Source: Nostoc sp. DedSLP01
GTDB taxonomy: Bacteria > Cyanobacteriota > Cyanobacteriia > Cyanobacteriales > Nostocaceae
DNA length: 64,000 nt
NCBI GenBank assembly: GCA_034530875.2
Contig: JAVRCJ020000026.1
Span: 1-64,000, forward strand
Direction of reading: 5' to 3'
The notes beneath the pieces are model-generated. The model saw only the letters and a program-made list of their open reading frames with translations, ran no database searches and had not been told where the DNA came from. The translations under genes were made by a program, and so were the position numbers. Shown in pieces: positions 19,538 through 28,796 of this stretch. The first letter of the stretch is position 1. Every line of letters starts with the position of its first letter.

Positions 19538-22255
19538 TTAATTTTCTATTGATTTTATGTAACTTATAACTGCTGATGCTTTTTTATCTGTTTGATCAAA
19601 CTTATACTGTAATTTTTCCTCAAACCCTTGTGTTCTCCATTTTTGGAAAATACCTGGTAATTCTACAAATCCTAGTTCTTCTTTATATTCATATTCAGGC
19701 TTTCCATCAAATGTTGATGCTCCATCATTTTGAGGGCTTATTTTGATAAAAATATCTTTTTGATATGCAGAACCCCAACGTAAAGGTCTTTCTCTATATC
19801 TAGTTTCTTCTTGATCGTAATAGCGTTCATAGACGTAGGTATTAGTATATTGATTAATTGGATTACCTTGTTCATCTTTTTTAAGAATTAAACGGTCAAG
19901 TGGTACAGTAATCTGAGGTAATTCTGATAATTTATCTATCCAATTTTCCCCATGCTTACCATCGTCATATACTAAAGTTGCAGATGGTGTCCAACTACGA
20001 GTTACTACTAAACCTTTATCATGAGTTGGCTGACAAGTTAAATCCGCATTATAAACATAATCATGTAACATTGAAAAAAGTTCGACTACACGATAATCAT
20101 CAACATGATTAGGGCGTGATATACATTCACCTATTTTCTGAGTATCAAATTTTGATAAGGATAATAGAGTATCTTGATATTTTCGCCATCCAGATTCATC
20201 TAAACTTTGAGCATAAGATGGAATGCGATCGCTCTCTACCTTCCCTACAACAATTACCTTAGCATCTGGTATATTTCCCTTACGGTTACAACGTCCGACT
20301 CTTTGAATTAAGTTTTCTGGTAAACAAATTTGAGAAATTAATATCTCGCTGTTTAAATCACAACCAACCTCAATAGCACTGGTTGTAATTAAAATATAAG
20401 GCTGATTATTATCATCGCGTTGTTTGAGATTTTGATAAACTCTTTCACGTTGTTTACTATCTAAACGCCCATGATAAAGTAATAATTCGTGATTTTTGTC
20501 CAAAGATGATTTCAAATTCTCATATATCTCTACCGCATCTTTGACCGTCTCTACAACAGCAATAATTCTTAGTTCAGACTTTCTTTGTAATTCTGTTTTT
20601 ATCAACTCAGCAATGCGGGTTTGAAAAAATTTTGGTTCCTGAGAATTACGTTCAATATCATTTACCCATTTAAAAGCTCTATGCTGATTTATATTTTGAT
20701 GTTTTTCTAATTTTAAGTGGTTTTCTTCATTATCAACATAGTCAACAACTTTTAAATAATCAAATCTTTGCATATATTCTTTTGGCATTGTTGCAGTCAT
20801 TAAGACTATAGAGCGACCAGCTTCATAAAGAGAAGTTACTAAGCCAGAAAAATTAGTAAAGGATATTTCATCATAAGTGTGTGCTTCATCAAAACAGATG
20901 ATTGTTTTTTCTTGATTAGTTTTGTCTCGATGAATCCTTAACGGAAATATAAATGATTTCTGCTTATCTCCAAAAGCAAAATAACGATACATAAACTTAT
21001 CTAGCGTCGTTAAAATTACATCACCTTTATAAAGATGTCGTCTAGGACTAATTTTTCTTTCTTCTACTTTTCCATTAACATATATCCAACGCCGCATTTG
21101 TGAACCCGTATCTATGATTAAAGATACTTCACGCTGAGGATATATTTGTGAAAACCGTTTCATGTATTTTTCTAAACGTTGCTTTTGATCTTCAATTAAG
21201 CTACGAGCAGGTAATGGTAAAATTAGACGATAACGTTTTGCTAAAGCAGGAAATAAAATAGTTTCAAACTTACCTGAACCTGTAGGTGCTTTAATTAAAT
21301 AATCTGCTGCTTCTGAAGTGGTTATTTCTTGATATAGCTCTTTTTGTAAAGGATTAGGTGAAAAATTAGCTAATTGTTGATACCAAAAATCACAATCCCT
21401 AACATCGTTATTCCGCTCTAATGCAAATGGTTTAAGTTTAATTTTTATTGTCTCTGCAATTTCTGGCTGTTCTGGCTGCTGATTCCACCAATCTTTAGCT
21501 AGTTTATCTAATTTCTTTCCTAAACCAAAATCTTGATTATTTTTTCTACAATCTTCTAGCTCATGTTTATCTTTAGTTGATAAAGTATAATCCCAGTATT
21601 TGAAATCTAATTCAATCTCATTTTCTTGAAAAATCCAAGGATCTATTCGGTATACATTAGTTTCTTGATTATCCTGATGAATTGTATATTCCATAAAAGT
21701 ACGAGATTCAGCTTGTTGATCATCACCAATTACTTTACAAGCTAATTCTGCTTCAATTTGGTCACACATCTCTAAAATATACAGTTCTTTAGCATACGCT
21801 AAAGGATCTATTGAAAGAATGTCTGCATACTCTGGATGTTTCTTTAACTGATATGTATCACGGGTAATATCACCTACTGAATAGTCATGGTGGCCTATAG
21901 CTAGACTTTGCACCCACTCATTTTCATTTTTTGCTAAATATCTATGCCCGCTAAAAGAGTAAATATATTTTGTAAAAATATTTTTTTTATTAGTTTCTAC
22001 TCGTAATTCAAATTTTTGTGGTTTTCCTATATCGTGGATTTTTGCAGCTTTTTTAACCCTAGTTAAAGATGATTCGCAAGGAAAGTCATCTTTAGACCAA
22101 AGTCCTACTAACTTAACAACATTACTGACATGGTTACCAAGAGTTTGAAAATAAATTTTATTAGGTATTGCTGGATTATCATTAACTTTTTCTGGAAAGA
22201 AGACTCTACCAAATATATAAGGACGTTGGCGTTTTAGCTTAGACATTAACTTCAC
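19538..22255 (-). CDS. cas3: Cas3 with N-terminal HD nuclease and SF2 helicase (start possibly 22246)
   Basis: H..(IHDIGK)..H..HH..D HD motifs; APTGSGK, DEAH, MTAT, YHGR and QRVGRCNR helicase motifs. Confidence 0.92.
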   Translation of the reverse strand: MKLMSKLKRQRPYIFGRVFFPEKVNDNPAIPNKIYFQTLGNHVSNVVKLVGLWSKDDFPCESSLTRVKKAAKIHDIGKPQKFELRVETNKKNIFTKYIYSFSGHRYLAKNENEWVQSLAIGHHDYSVGDITRDTYQLKKHPEYADILSIDPLAYAKELYILEMCDQIEAELACKVIGDDQQAESRTFMEYTIHQDNQETNVYRIDPWIFQENEIELDFKYWDYTLSTKDKHELEDCRKNNQDFGLGKKLDKLAKDWWNQQPEQPEIAETIKIKLKPFALERNNDVRDCDFWYQQLANFSPNPLQKELYQEITTSEAADYLIKAPTGSGKFETILFPALAKRYRLILPLPARSLIEDQKQRLEKYMKRFSQIYPQREVSLIIDTGSQMRRWIYVNGKVEERKISPRRHLYKGDVILTTLDKFMYRYFAFGDKQKSFIFPLRIHRDKTNQEKTIICFDEAHTYDEISFTNFSGLVTSLYEAGRSIVLMTATMPKEYMQRFDYLKVVDYVDNEENHLKLEKHQNINQHRAFKWVNDIERNSQEPKFFQTRIAELIKTELQRKSELRIIAVVETVKDAVEIYENLKSSLDKNHELLLYHGRLDSKQRERVYQNLKQRDDNNQPYILITTSAIEVGCDLNSEILISQICLPENLIQRVGRCNRKGNIPDAKVIVVGKVESDRIPSYAQSLDESGWRKYQDTLLSLSKFDTQKIGECISRPNHVDDYRVVELFSMLHDYVYNADLTCQPTHDKGLVVTRSWTPSATLVYDDGKHGENWIDKLSELPQITVPLDRLILKKDEQGNPINQYTNTYVYERYYDQEETRYRERPLRWGSAYQKDIFIKISPQNDGASTFDGKPEYEYKEELGFVELPGIFQKWRTQGFEEKLQYKFDQTDKKASAVISYIKSIEN

Positions 22256-23063
22256 CTTTTAATAAACTTACAAGAGATGTAGGGATATAAATTTCTCCGT
22301 CAGTGTAGTAATCAAGAGTTGGAGCTAAATTGTTTTCATTGGTATAGTAACCAGTAACAAAAGGAATAAAACCCTCTACTTGGGTTGGTTCATTATCTAA
22401 AAATCCTTCTTGAATAGAAGAATTGTTAGAATACATTTCCCATTTGTAGCGATAAAGATTATAAATATCGCAGCTTCCGACAAATTGATTAGTTTGTAAA
22501 ACTGCCTCCATTGGTACAAGAGTTGAAGGGAAAGCCGCTAGTGTATCCAGCGTTAACGGAATTGGTTCAGATACTTCTTCTAATACAGCAAAACCTTCTT
22601 TTCCTAATTTGCATCCATAACCTTCTAAGTTTTTAAACTGTACTAAACCCTCTAAAGATTTACTAACGACATAACCTATAAGTTCCTCAGCTATGAAATA
22701 TTCCCAGGTATGCAGTTGAAAATTGGCTTTATCTTTCTCCACATACAATTTAGAAAAACTGTAGTGGTTAAATTCTCGCATCCCTTTACGATATGTTTTA
22801 TGTACTGTACGCAATGAATTGGATTGAGGGTAAGCACCCAAAGCAATATAAAGCGACGGTAAGGCGTAAACAGGAGGATTATCTTTATTAATGGAAGTTT
22901 CAGGAATGTCTAACCCAACACTTAGCATTCCTAATCTTCGTAAAAATCCTGATAAGGTTGTTGGTGGAACAAATGGATACGTGGCAATATTTAAGATAGA
23001 ACCTGGCAGAATGCGAAAAGTCATTGCTGCCATAGGTATAATTTTCAATTTGAGGCAATACAT
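22239..23063 (-). CDS. cas5: Cas5-family RAMP
   Basis: N-terminal TYPFVPPTTLSG motif, Gly-rich KLGKEG, position in the operon. Confidence 0.8.
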   Translation of the reverse strand: MYCLKLKIIPMAAMTFRILPGSILNIATYPFVPPTTLSGFLRRLGMLSVGLDIPETSINKDNPPVYALPSLYIALGAYPQSNSLRTVHKTYRKGMREFNHYSFSKLYVEKDKANFQLHTWEYFIAEELIGYVVSKSLEGLVQFKNLEGYGCKLGKEGFAVLEEVSEPIPLTLDTLAAFPSTLVPMEAVLQTNQFVGSCDIYNLYRYKWEMYSNNSSIQEGFLDNEPTQVEGFIPFVTGYYTNENNLAPTLDYYTDGEIYIPTSLVSLLKGEVNV

Positions 23064-23066
23064 AAA

Positions 23067-23939
23067 TTATGCCTGTAAAACTGTCTTAACGAAATTAGCA
23101 GCGTATTCTTGCAATTTTTCTAAAGCTTTATCTCCTATCCATCTATCAAAATAATCATCATGAATATAGTCGATATTAGGATGTGGATATTGAGCAAGTC
23201 GCATAAAATCTGCAATAGCAATTTCTGAGTCGATAATAGATGGAGAGATAACAGGACGTTTACCTTTGGGAACTAAGTATCTATCTATTACTAAAAGTGG
23301 TGTTTGGTTTGCTGTTTCCGCAATAGAGATACCCTTAGGATTACCAGAGCCAATGCGAGGTAAAGCATCTAGAAAAGCATACGCGACAGATGAAAATTCC
23401 TGGTCAGTTACACTCAAAGCATGGTTAGAGACTGGGTAGAGAATACCAGGTTGATTATATTGGCGTTTGAATGGTACTGGGGTTTCATCTTTTTGATTTA
23501 CTAAACGTGAAGGGTGCATAGCACGTTGCTTATCTACTGGATACAAGTCTTGAACTGCAACACCACCACCATGAGTCACACGGCCAATTAAAGTGCTTTT
23601 ACCTGGGTCAAGTGCGCCATAAGGAGCGCAGATAGGACAGTTTTGTTTAGCACAAGTTTTAGGAATGCCACATTTATATTTATCTCCCAACAGTTCACCA
23701 GTTTTCACAGGCGACCATAATAAGCAGCGTCTCTCTACACCTCTGCGTTTAGTAGGCGAAAGATAACATTTTTCAAGCGATTGACCATCTTTTGTGGTTA
23801 ATTTTACAGTTTCTACGACGTTTACGTTTACTTGTACTTCATCCCCAAAGTACAACTCTTGCGAACCTTCTAAAATGGCATAAATATCAAAATGAAAGCG
23901 GGGATTCTTTGCATCAGTTTTATCTAATCCAGTTGTCAT
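23067..23939 (-). CDS. cas7: Cas7-family backbone subunit (divergent, Csc2-like)
   Basis: KRRGVERR, C..C....CPICAPYG Zn motif and PRIGSG loop; ATGA overlap with the upstream large subunit. Confidence 0.8.
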   Translation of the reverse strand: MTTGLDKTDAKNPRFHFDIYAILEGSQELYFGDEVQVNVNVVETVKLTTKDGQSLEKCYLSPTKRRGVERRCLLWSPVKTGELLGDKYKCGIPKTCAKQNCPICAPYGALDPGKSTLIGRVTHGGGVAVQDLYPVDKQRAMHPSRLVNQKDETPVPFKRQYNQPGILYPVSNHALSVTDQEFSSVAYAFLDALPRIGSGNPKGISIAETANQTPLLVIDRYLVPKGKRPVISPSIIDSEIAIADFMRLAQYPHPNIDYIHDDYFDRWIGDKALEKLQEYAANFVKTVLQA

Positions 23940-24454
23940 GATGATTTCTCACTTGTAGATTTGAGTTTACGAACTAATTCAGGGAAGCGCGTGTAGAGTG
24001 ACAGTTTAAGGTTATAGGTCAATTCATTCCATTCTCGGTCTTGACCATAACCATTTTCAGCAAAATGGGTATATGCTCTAATCACATCATCTGCATAAAA
24101 AGTTAGCCAAGTTTGTTGTTTAGCTTCATCTTTTTCTTGCCGTTCCAAAATTTGTAATTTGGTTTCTAAAAATTCTTTTGCCTGGTCATAAATAAAGTAG
24201 TTATCATTATTACGATAAAGCCTTGCTTGGACAGTTTTTTTGTCTTGATCGCCAAGAGTAGCGTAATAGCAGAAACCAACTGCATCTCCTACTTGTTCTA
24301 TAATTTTGCTCATTTCTCTTTCAGCATCTTCTGTTTTCATGGATTTTTTAGCTGTGCTTTCCAGAGATTGAACAAAAGCATAGGTTAAGCCTGTCAATGC
24401 TGCGATATCTCGATATAATTGCGCTCTTTTAGAAAGCTGTTTTGATGAATTCAT
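23936..24454 (-). CDS. Putative internally translated Cas11 small subunit (172 aa)
   Basis: In-frame ATG (codon 646) preceded by GAGGGGGAT inside the large-subunit gene. Confidence 0.6.
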   Translation of the reverse strand: MNSSKQLSKRAQLYRDIAALTGLTYAFVQSLESTAKKSMKTEDAEREMSKIIEQVGDAVGFCYYATLGDQDKKTVQARLYRNNDNYFIYDQAKEFLETKLQILERQEKDEAKQQTWLTFYADDVIRAYTHFAENGYGQDREWNELTYNLKLSLYTRFPELVRKLKSTSEKSS

Positions 24455-26389
24455 ATCCCCCTCAAGTATCTGAAGATAAAGTTCTCGGATTCTTTCAATC
24501 TGTAATTTATTAGTGATATTAGCTGATTTGACAAGAGAATAATTAGCTAAAAAAGGTAAGTCTTGTTCTACATAACGTACTGCCTCTCCTAAATCATTAT
24601 TTATGTCTTTACCAGAAACTATAATTGACTGGCCATAGCATTCCATTAATCCTTTTATAAATACTAAATGTCTGTTAGCCAACCTTATCTCTTTACTTCC
24701 TTGAGGAACGAGATGAAATTCAAAATCTGTTAATACTTCTGTAGGGAAAATAGAAGCAACTTTAGCTAGTGCATATTGCATTTGTCCTAATTTCTCAGAC
24801 GCTATATCACCACTAGCAGTTTTTTCAGAGGTTAAGAGTAGATACTGACCAGAACTTAAGTTCAATTCTTTAGTCGTCAGCATTCGGATGTACTCTTTTA
24901 ATTTAAAAGTAACAGATTCATTATTTTTACTAACATTTTTTAGTTTTAAAATAATGCTTTCATCTGTTACTTTTAGAGGTGAAGCAAAAGCAAGCGTAGA
25001 ACAGGAAGCGCAAATATAAGGACGGTCTTCACTTGATGAAGATTGACGACGCTGGGAAGGCCGCTCAAACATGAATCTAGCAACTTTCCATTTTGCAGTT
25101 TTTGGATCTAGTTTCACTCCACAAGAATAGCAAAATTCTTTACCATCATCTCCAGGAGATCTTAGCTCCATTTTTATTGGGGTTTCACTTAATAAAGCTT
25201 CTGGTTTAGGATCGTAAGGTTCTTGCTTTTCTAGTAAGCGATACATTTCTAAAATACATTGAGTAAAAATATCACCACGAGTAGAATTTATTTGGTCTGT
25301 AGCTCTCTCATTAAATCTTGTATAAATATCAACAATTTCTTGAAACTTTTTAGGGTTATTTTTACGATCTAATCTAATAAACTCAAATGGATTACCATTA
25401 GATATTTGCAATAATGAGAGCTTCTGATGAACAGATTCTTGGCCAAATACTATCTTAGATGATAGTTTTTCTTGTTGCTTAGTTAGCTTATTAATTTGTG
25501 ATTTACTGAAACCTGCTGCTTTTAATTGATGTTCGATATCTTCTAATTCTTTCCAGATTGATTCTTGTTCTTTTAAAAAGCCATCAAAAGATTTTTGAAA
25601 ATATTCACTATACTTCTTGGCTTCCTTGTCCTGCATTTCTTGTAATTCTTGCACCTTTTTATCAGCATCAGGTTTATCTTGTAATTCATCTATTCTTCTT
25701 TGTCGTTTAATTTGACGCTCTTGTACTTTATAAATAACTGCTAAATAGCAAGCAGCTAAAATATCAGCTTGTTCCTTACATATAACTGGAACTTCTAAGG
25801 TACTAAAGCCACGACCAGCTAAAGTAACACTATTTAACAAAAGAATGAATGTTTGTGTTAAATCTCTTAATTGATGTTGGCTAAATCCATTTTTTGAAAA
25901 AGCTACGTCTTTCAAAAAATTATCCCAAAATAAATTAAAATTAGGTGCTTCTTGTTTATTAGGTAAAAAAACGATTACATGAGAGTCACTTTCATCCAAT
26001 ACAACTATATGATGTATTTTCTGTAAATATTCCAAAAATCTATCAATTGCACTCTCAATCGCTAACCTTGCTTGTAATTCTCCTGGTAATGGCTTTTTGT
26101 ATAAAGTTTTTATTTTTCCAAGTTCTTGATTTTCAAAAGTAACAACATCGTTCCCATTGAAATTCAGCTTTGGTAATTGAACAGTTCTATTTCGTTTTAA
26201 ATTCAATTGCCTGACTAATCTAGAATCACCAAACGCTCTGGCTATTTCCTGGGTACTGCTGTGATTTACTAAAGCTGCTAATAAGTCAGAATGTATTTGA
26301 TAATCAATCACTTTTGCAGCTAAGGCACTTAAATAAATTTTCAATATATTGGTTTGATTGACAATCATTTTTTCCTCTACATCGCTCAC
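23936..26389 (-). CDS. Cascade large subunit (Cas8/Cas10d-like, no HD domain; start possibly 26368)
   Basis: 817 aa, first effector gene, CYSCG...ICASC Zn finger, helical C-terminus. Confidence 0.75.
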   Translation of the reverse strand: MSDVEEKMIVNQTNILKIYLSALAAKVIDYQIHSDLLAALVNHSSTQEIARAFGDSRLVRQLNLKRNRTVQLPKLNFNGNDVVTFENQELGKIKTLYKKPLPGELQARLAIESAIDRFLEYLQKIHHIVVLDESDSHVIVFLPNKQEAPNFNLFWDNFLKDVAFSKNGFSQHQLRDLTQTFILLLNSVTLAGRGFSTLEVPVICKEQADILAACYLAVIYKVQERQIKRQRRIDELQDKPDADKKVQELQEMQDKEAKKYSEYFQKSFDGFLKEQESIWKELEDIEHQLKAAGFSKSQINKLTKQQEKLSSKIVFGQESVHQKLSLLQISNGNPFEFIRLDRKNNPKKFQEIVDIYTRFNERATDQINSTRGDIFTQCILEMYRLLEKQEPYDPKPEALLSETPIKMELRSPGDDGKEFCYSCGVKLDPKTAKWKVARFMFERPSQRRQSSSSEDRPYICASCSTLAFASPLKVTDESIILKLKNVSKNNESVTFKLKEYIRMLTTKELNLSSGQYLLLTSEKTASGDIASEKLGQMQYALAKVASIFPTEVLTDFEFHLVPQGSKEIRLANRHLVFIKGLMECYGQSIIVSGKDINNDLGEAVRYVEQDLPFLANYSLVKSANITNKLQIERIRELYLQILEGDMNSSKQLSKRAQLYRDIAALTGLTYAFVQSLESTAKKSMKTEDAEREMSKIIEQVGDAVGFCYYATLGDQDKKTVQARLYRNNDNYFIYDQAKEFLETKLQILERQEKDEAKQQTWLTFYADDVIRAYTHFAENGYGQDREWNELTYNLKLSLYTRFPELVRKLKSTSEKSS

Positions 26390-26408
26390 AAGGTTGATTT
26401 ATTAAAAT

Positions 26409-27095
<687 letters not shown>

Positions 27096-27145
27096 TCAGG
27101 AAATGGGAGTAGCAAAAATTACCCCCAATATGTAATAGATTTTCG

Positions 27146-27352
27146 TTATGCGATCGCTTTTGACTTGATTACCAGTCGATACTCATGCTGCTGACCTTGA
27201 ATCCGGCGTTTATCAAATTGATAACCACGCTTCTTGAGGATGTGCATAGTTGCAGAGAATCGATGGCTAATTTTTGCGACTAGCTTATCTGTAGAATGCC
27301 AGCAACCATCTGACATAAGTTGAAGCATACGATCTGGAAGGTTGTCTTTCAT
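27146..27352 (-). CDS. Small basic winged-helix-like protein (68 aa)
   Basis: GGAG RBS before MKDNLPDRMLQLMSDGCWHST; helix-helix-helix-beta hairpin pattern. Confidence 0.6.
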   Translation of the reverse strand: MKDNLPDRMLQLMSDGCWHSTDKLVAKISHRFSATMHILKKRGYQFDKRRIQGQQHEYRLVIKSKAIA

Positions 27353-27544
27353 GGCTATTTTTTCTCCAAAGGATGTACAACCAGACAAGCCATGCGCTAA
27401 CCTATGAAGTGCGACCAACATAGGTGGACTAGGCTTTTGTCTAGTTCACTTTCAAATATTTTTTGTCGTCCGTATAATAGTAGCTAAGATAATAGCCCAA
27501 CTCTACGCGGAAGACGAAAATAATTATATAATAGGTTAGCCCCA

Positions 27545-27668
27545 ACGCCAAATATGCTTAATCCCTATCAGGGATTGAAACCGCATCAATGGGGCGCTTA
27601 AGTTAATAGCACAACTTTAATTAATCCCTATTAGGGACTATTAGCCAGAGCTATACTCTGGCTTTTTT
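27545..27668 (+). ncRNA. Mini-CRISPR-like RNA: degenerate repeat, spacer, degenerate repeat, terminator
   Basis: CTTAATCCCTATCAGGGATTGAAAC (27557-27581) matches the array repeat 3' part at 24/25; TTAATCCCTATTAGGGA (27621-27637) matches at 17/17; TATAAT at 27527-27532. Confidence 0.8.
27643..27668 (+). terminator. Rho-independent terminator of the mini-array
   Basis: AGCCAGAG-ctata-CTCTGGCT followed by a T run. Confidence 0.8.
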
Positions 27669-27723
27669 AGTATCTGCATAGCGAGTAACATTATTATTTT
27701 CGTATTTCATCTCTTGATTCACT

Positions 27724-27779
27724 TTGTATACAGATACAATAACTGTAAATGATTATTTAGTCAATAATGTAGCTACATT
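27724..27779. promoter_or_regulatory. Candidate operator palindromes and a minus-strand sigma70-like promoter
   Basis: TTGTAT-N4-ATACAA (27724-27739) and AATGTAGCTACATT (27766-27779); minus-strand TTGACT-N17-TATTGT. Confidence 0.5.
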
Positions 27780-27786
27780 TTTGTGA

Positions 27787-28653
27787 ATGTCTAGGAAAAA
27801 AGAGTCAATTACACTGTCAATTCCTTCTGGTACAAAAGAAAAACTGGAAGACATAGCCCGAAAATTGCGTATCTTCTGGGGTAAGTCTCCCAGTGTATCT
27901 GGATTATTAGTAGCGATCGCCCAACAAGAGTTTGAAGTTGGCGAACCCTTCACCTTAAACTCAACGCAAGTCGCCGCGCTCCAACAAGCCATAGGGCTAC
28001 TGAAGGACTCCGGTTTTATTGAACAAGCGCAAACTATCTCTAGTTTGTTATTAGAACGAGGTCAACTTGAGCCTCCCATGCGCCAATCGCTACTTCAGCA
28101 AGTCAGCCAACCTACGGAAGCATGGCGCATTCTTGCAGATCAATTCCGCCAAAATCAACAACCATTTCACTTACTTTATGCAAATCCTCAACTTGGAGAC
28201 CTGTCTTTTACAGTGCGTTATGCCGAAATTGCTTTTGAAGAGAAACGTTTTTATTTAAATATTTGGTGCGACGAAGATGACACTGAAGATGTTGCCAATA
28301 CAGACTTTCCACAACTCAGGCATAATCGCTGTTTGCGTCTGGATAGAATCAAAGGTGTTGTACCAATCAACGGACACTGGCGACATGAAGGACTAGATTA
28401 CCTAAAAGTGTACTTACACTTTTATAAAGGTTTGATTAAAGCCTATGAACCAAAACCCAACGACATCAGCAACGAAGTTAATGGAGAAGTGCGCCAAGTC
28501 GTCAGACGAGTATCAAATCCTTTCTGGTTAATTCGGGAAGTCTTGCGCTATGGCGACGACTGCGTGATTGTAGCCCCAGAGAATGTGCAAGCACTCATGG
28601 TGCGAAAACTTAAAACTCTCTGTCAGCATTACAAGCTAGAAGTTTCTTTGTAA
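27787..28653 (+). CDS. WYL domain transcriptional regulator (CRISPR-associated, RHH-like N-terminus)
   Basis: SITLSIP N-terminal strand, RFYL.IWC, NRCLRLDRI and WLIREVLRYG (WCX); divergent from the cas operon. Confidence 0.9.
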   Translation: MSRKKESITLSIPSGTKEKLEDIARKLRIFWGKSPSVSGLLVAIAQQEFEVGEPFTLNSTQVAALQQAIGLLKDSGFIEQAQTISSLLLERGQLEPPMRQSLLQQVSQPTEAWRILADQFRQNQQPFHLLYANPQLGDLSFTVRYAEIAFEEKRFYLNIWCDEDDTEDVANTDFPQLRHNRCLRLDRIKGVVPINGHWRHEGLDYLKVYLHFYKGLIKAYEPKPNDISNEVNGEVRQVVRRVSNPFWLIREVLRYGDDCVIVAPENVQALMVRKLKTLCQHYKLEVSL

Positions 28654-28796
28654 AAGGGACTGGGGGCATTTACCAAAGACAAATGACGAAGGACAACACC
28701 CACACGCGATCGCCCCCACACTTCTCGGCATATACTTTAAAGAAATGTGACATTTAATTGCGCTATTGTAAAAATCAGCTTTACATCGGTTGATTT

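Noticed and set aside
23936..26389. Calling the large subunit Cas10d or type III Cas10
   Set aside because: No N-terminal HD motif and no GGDD palm motif seen; the HD domain is on Cas3.
27353..27421. N-terminal extension of the 91-aa ORF call
   Set aside because: The GGAG RBS supports the ATG at 27352, and the upstream part overlaps putative regulatory sequence.
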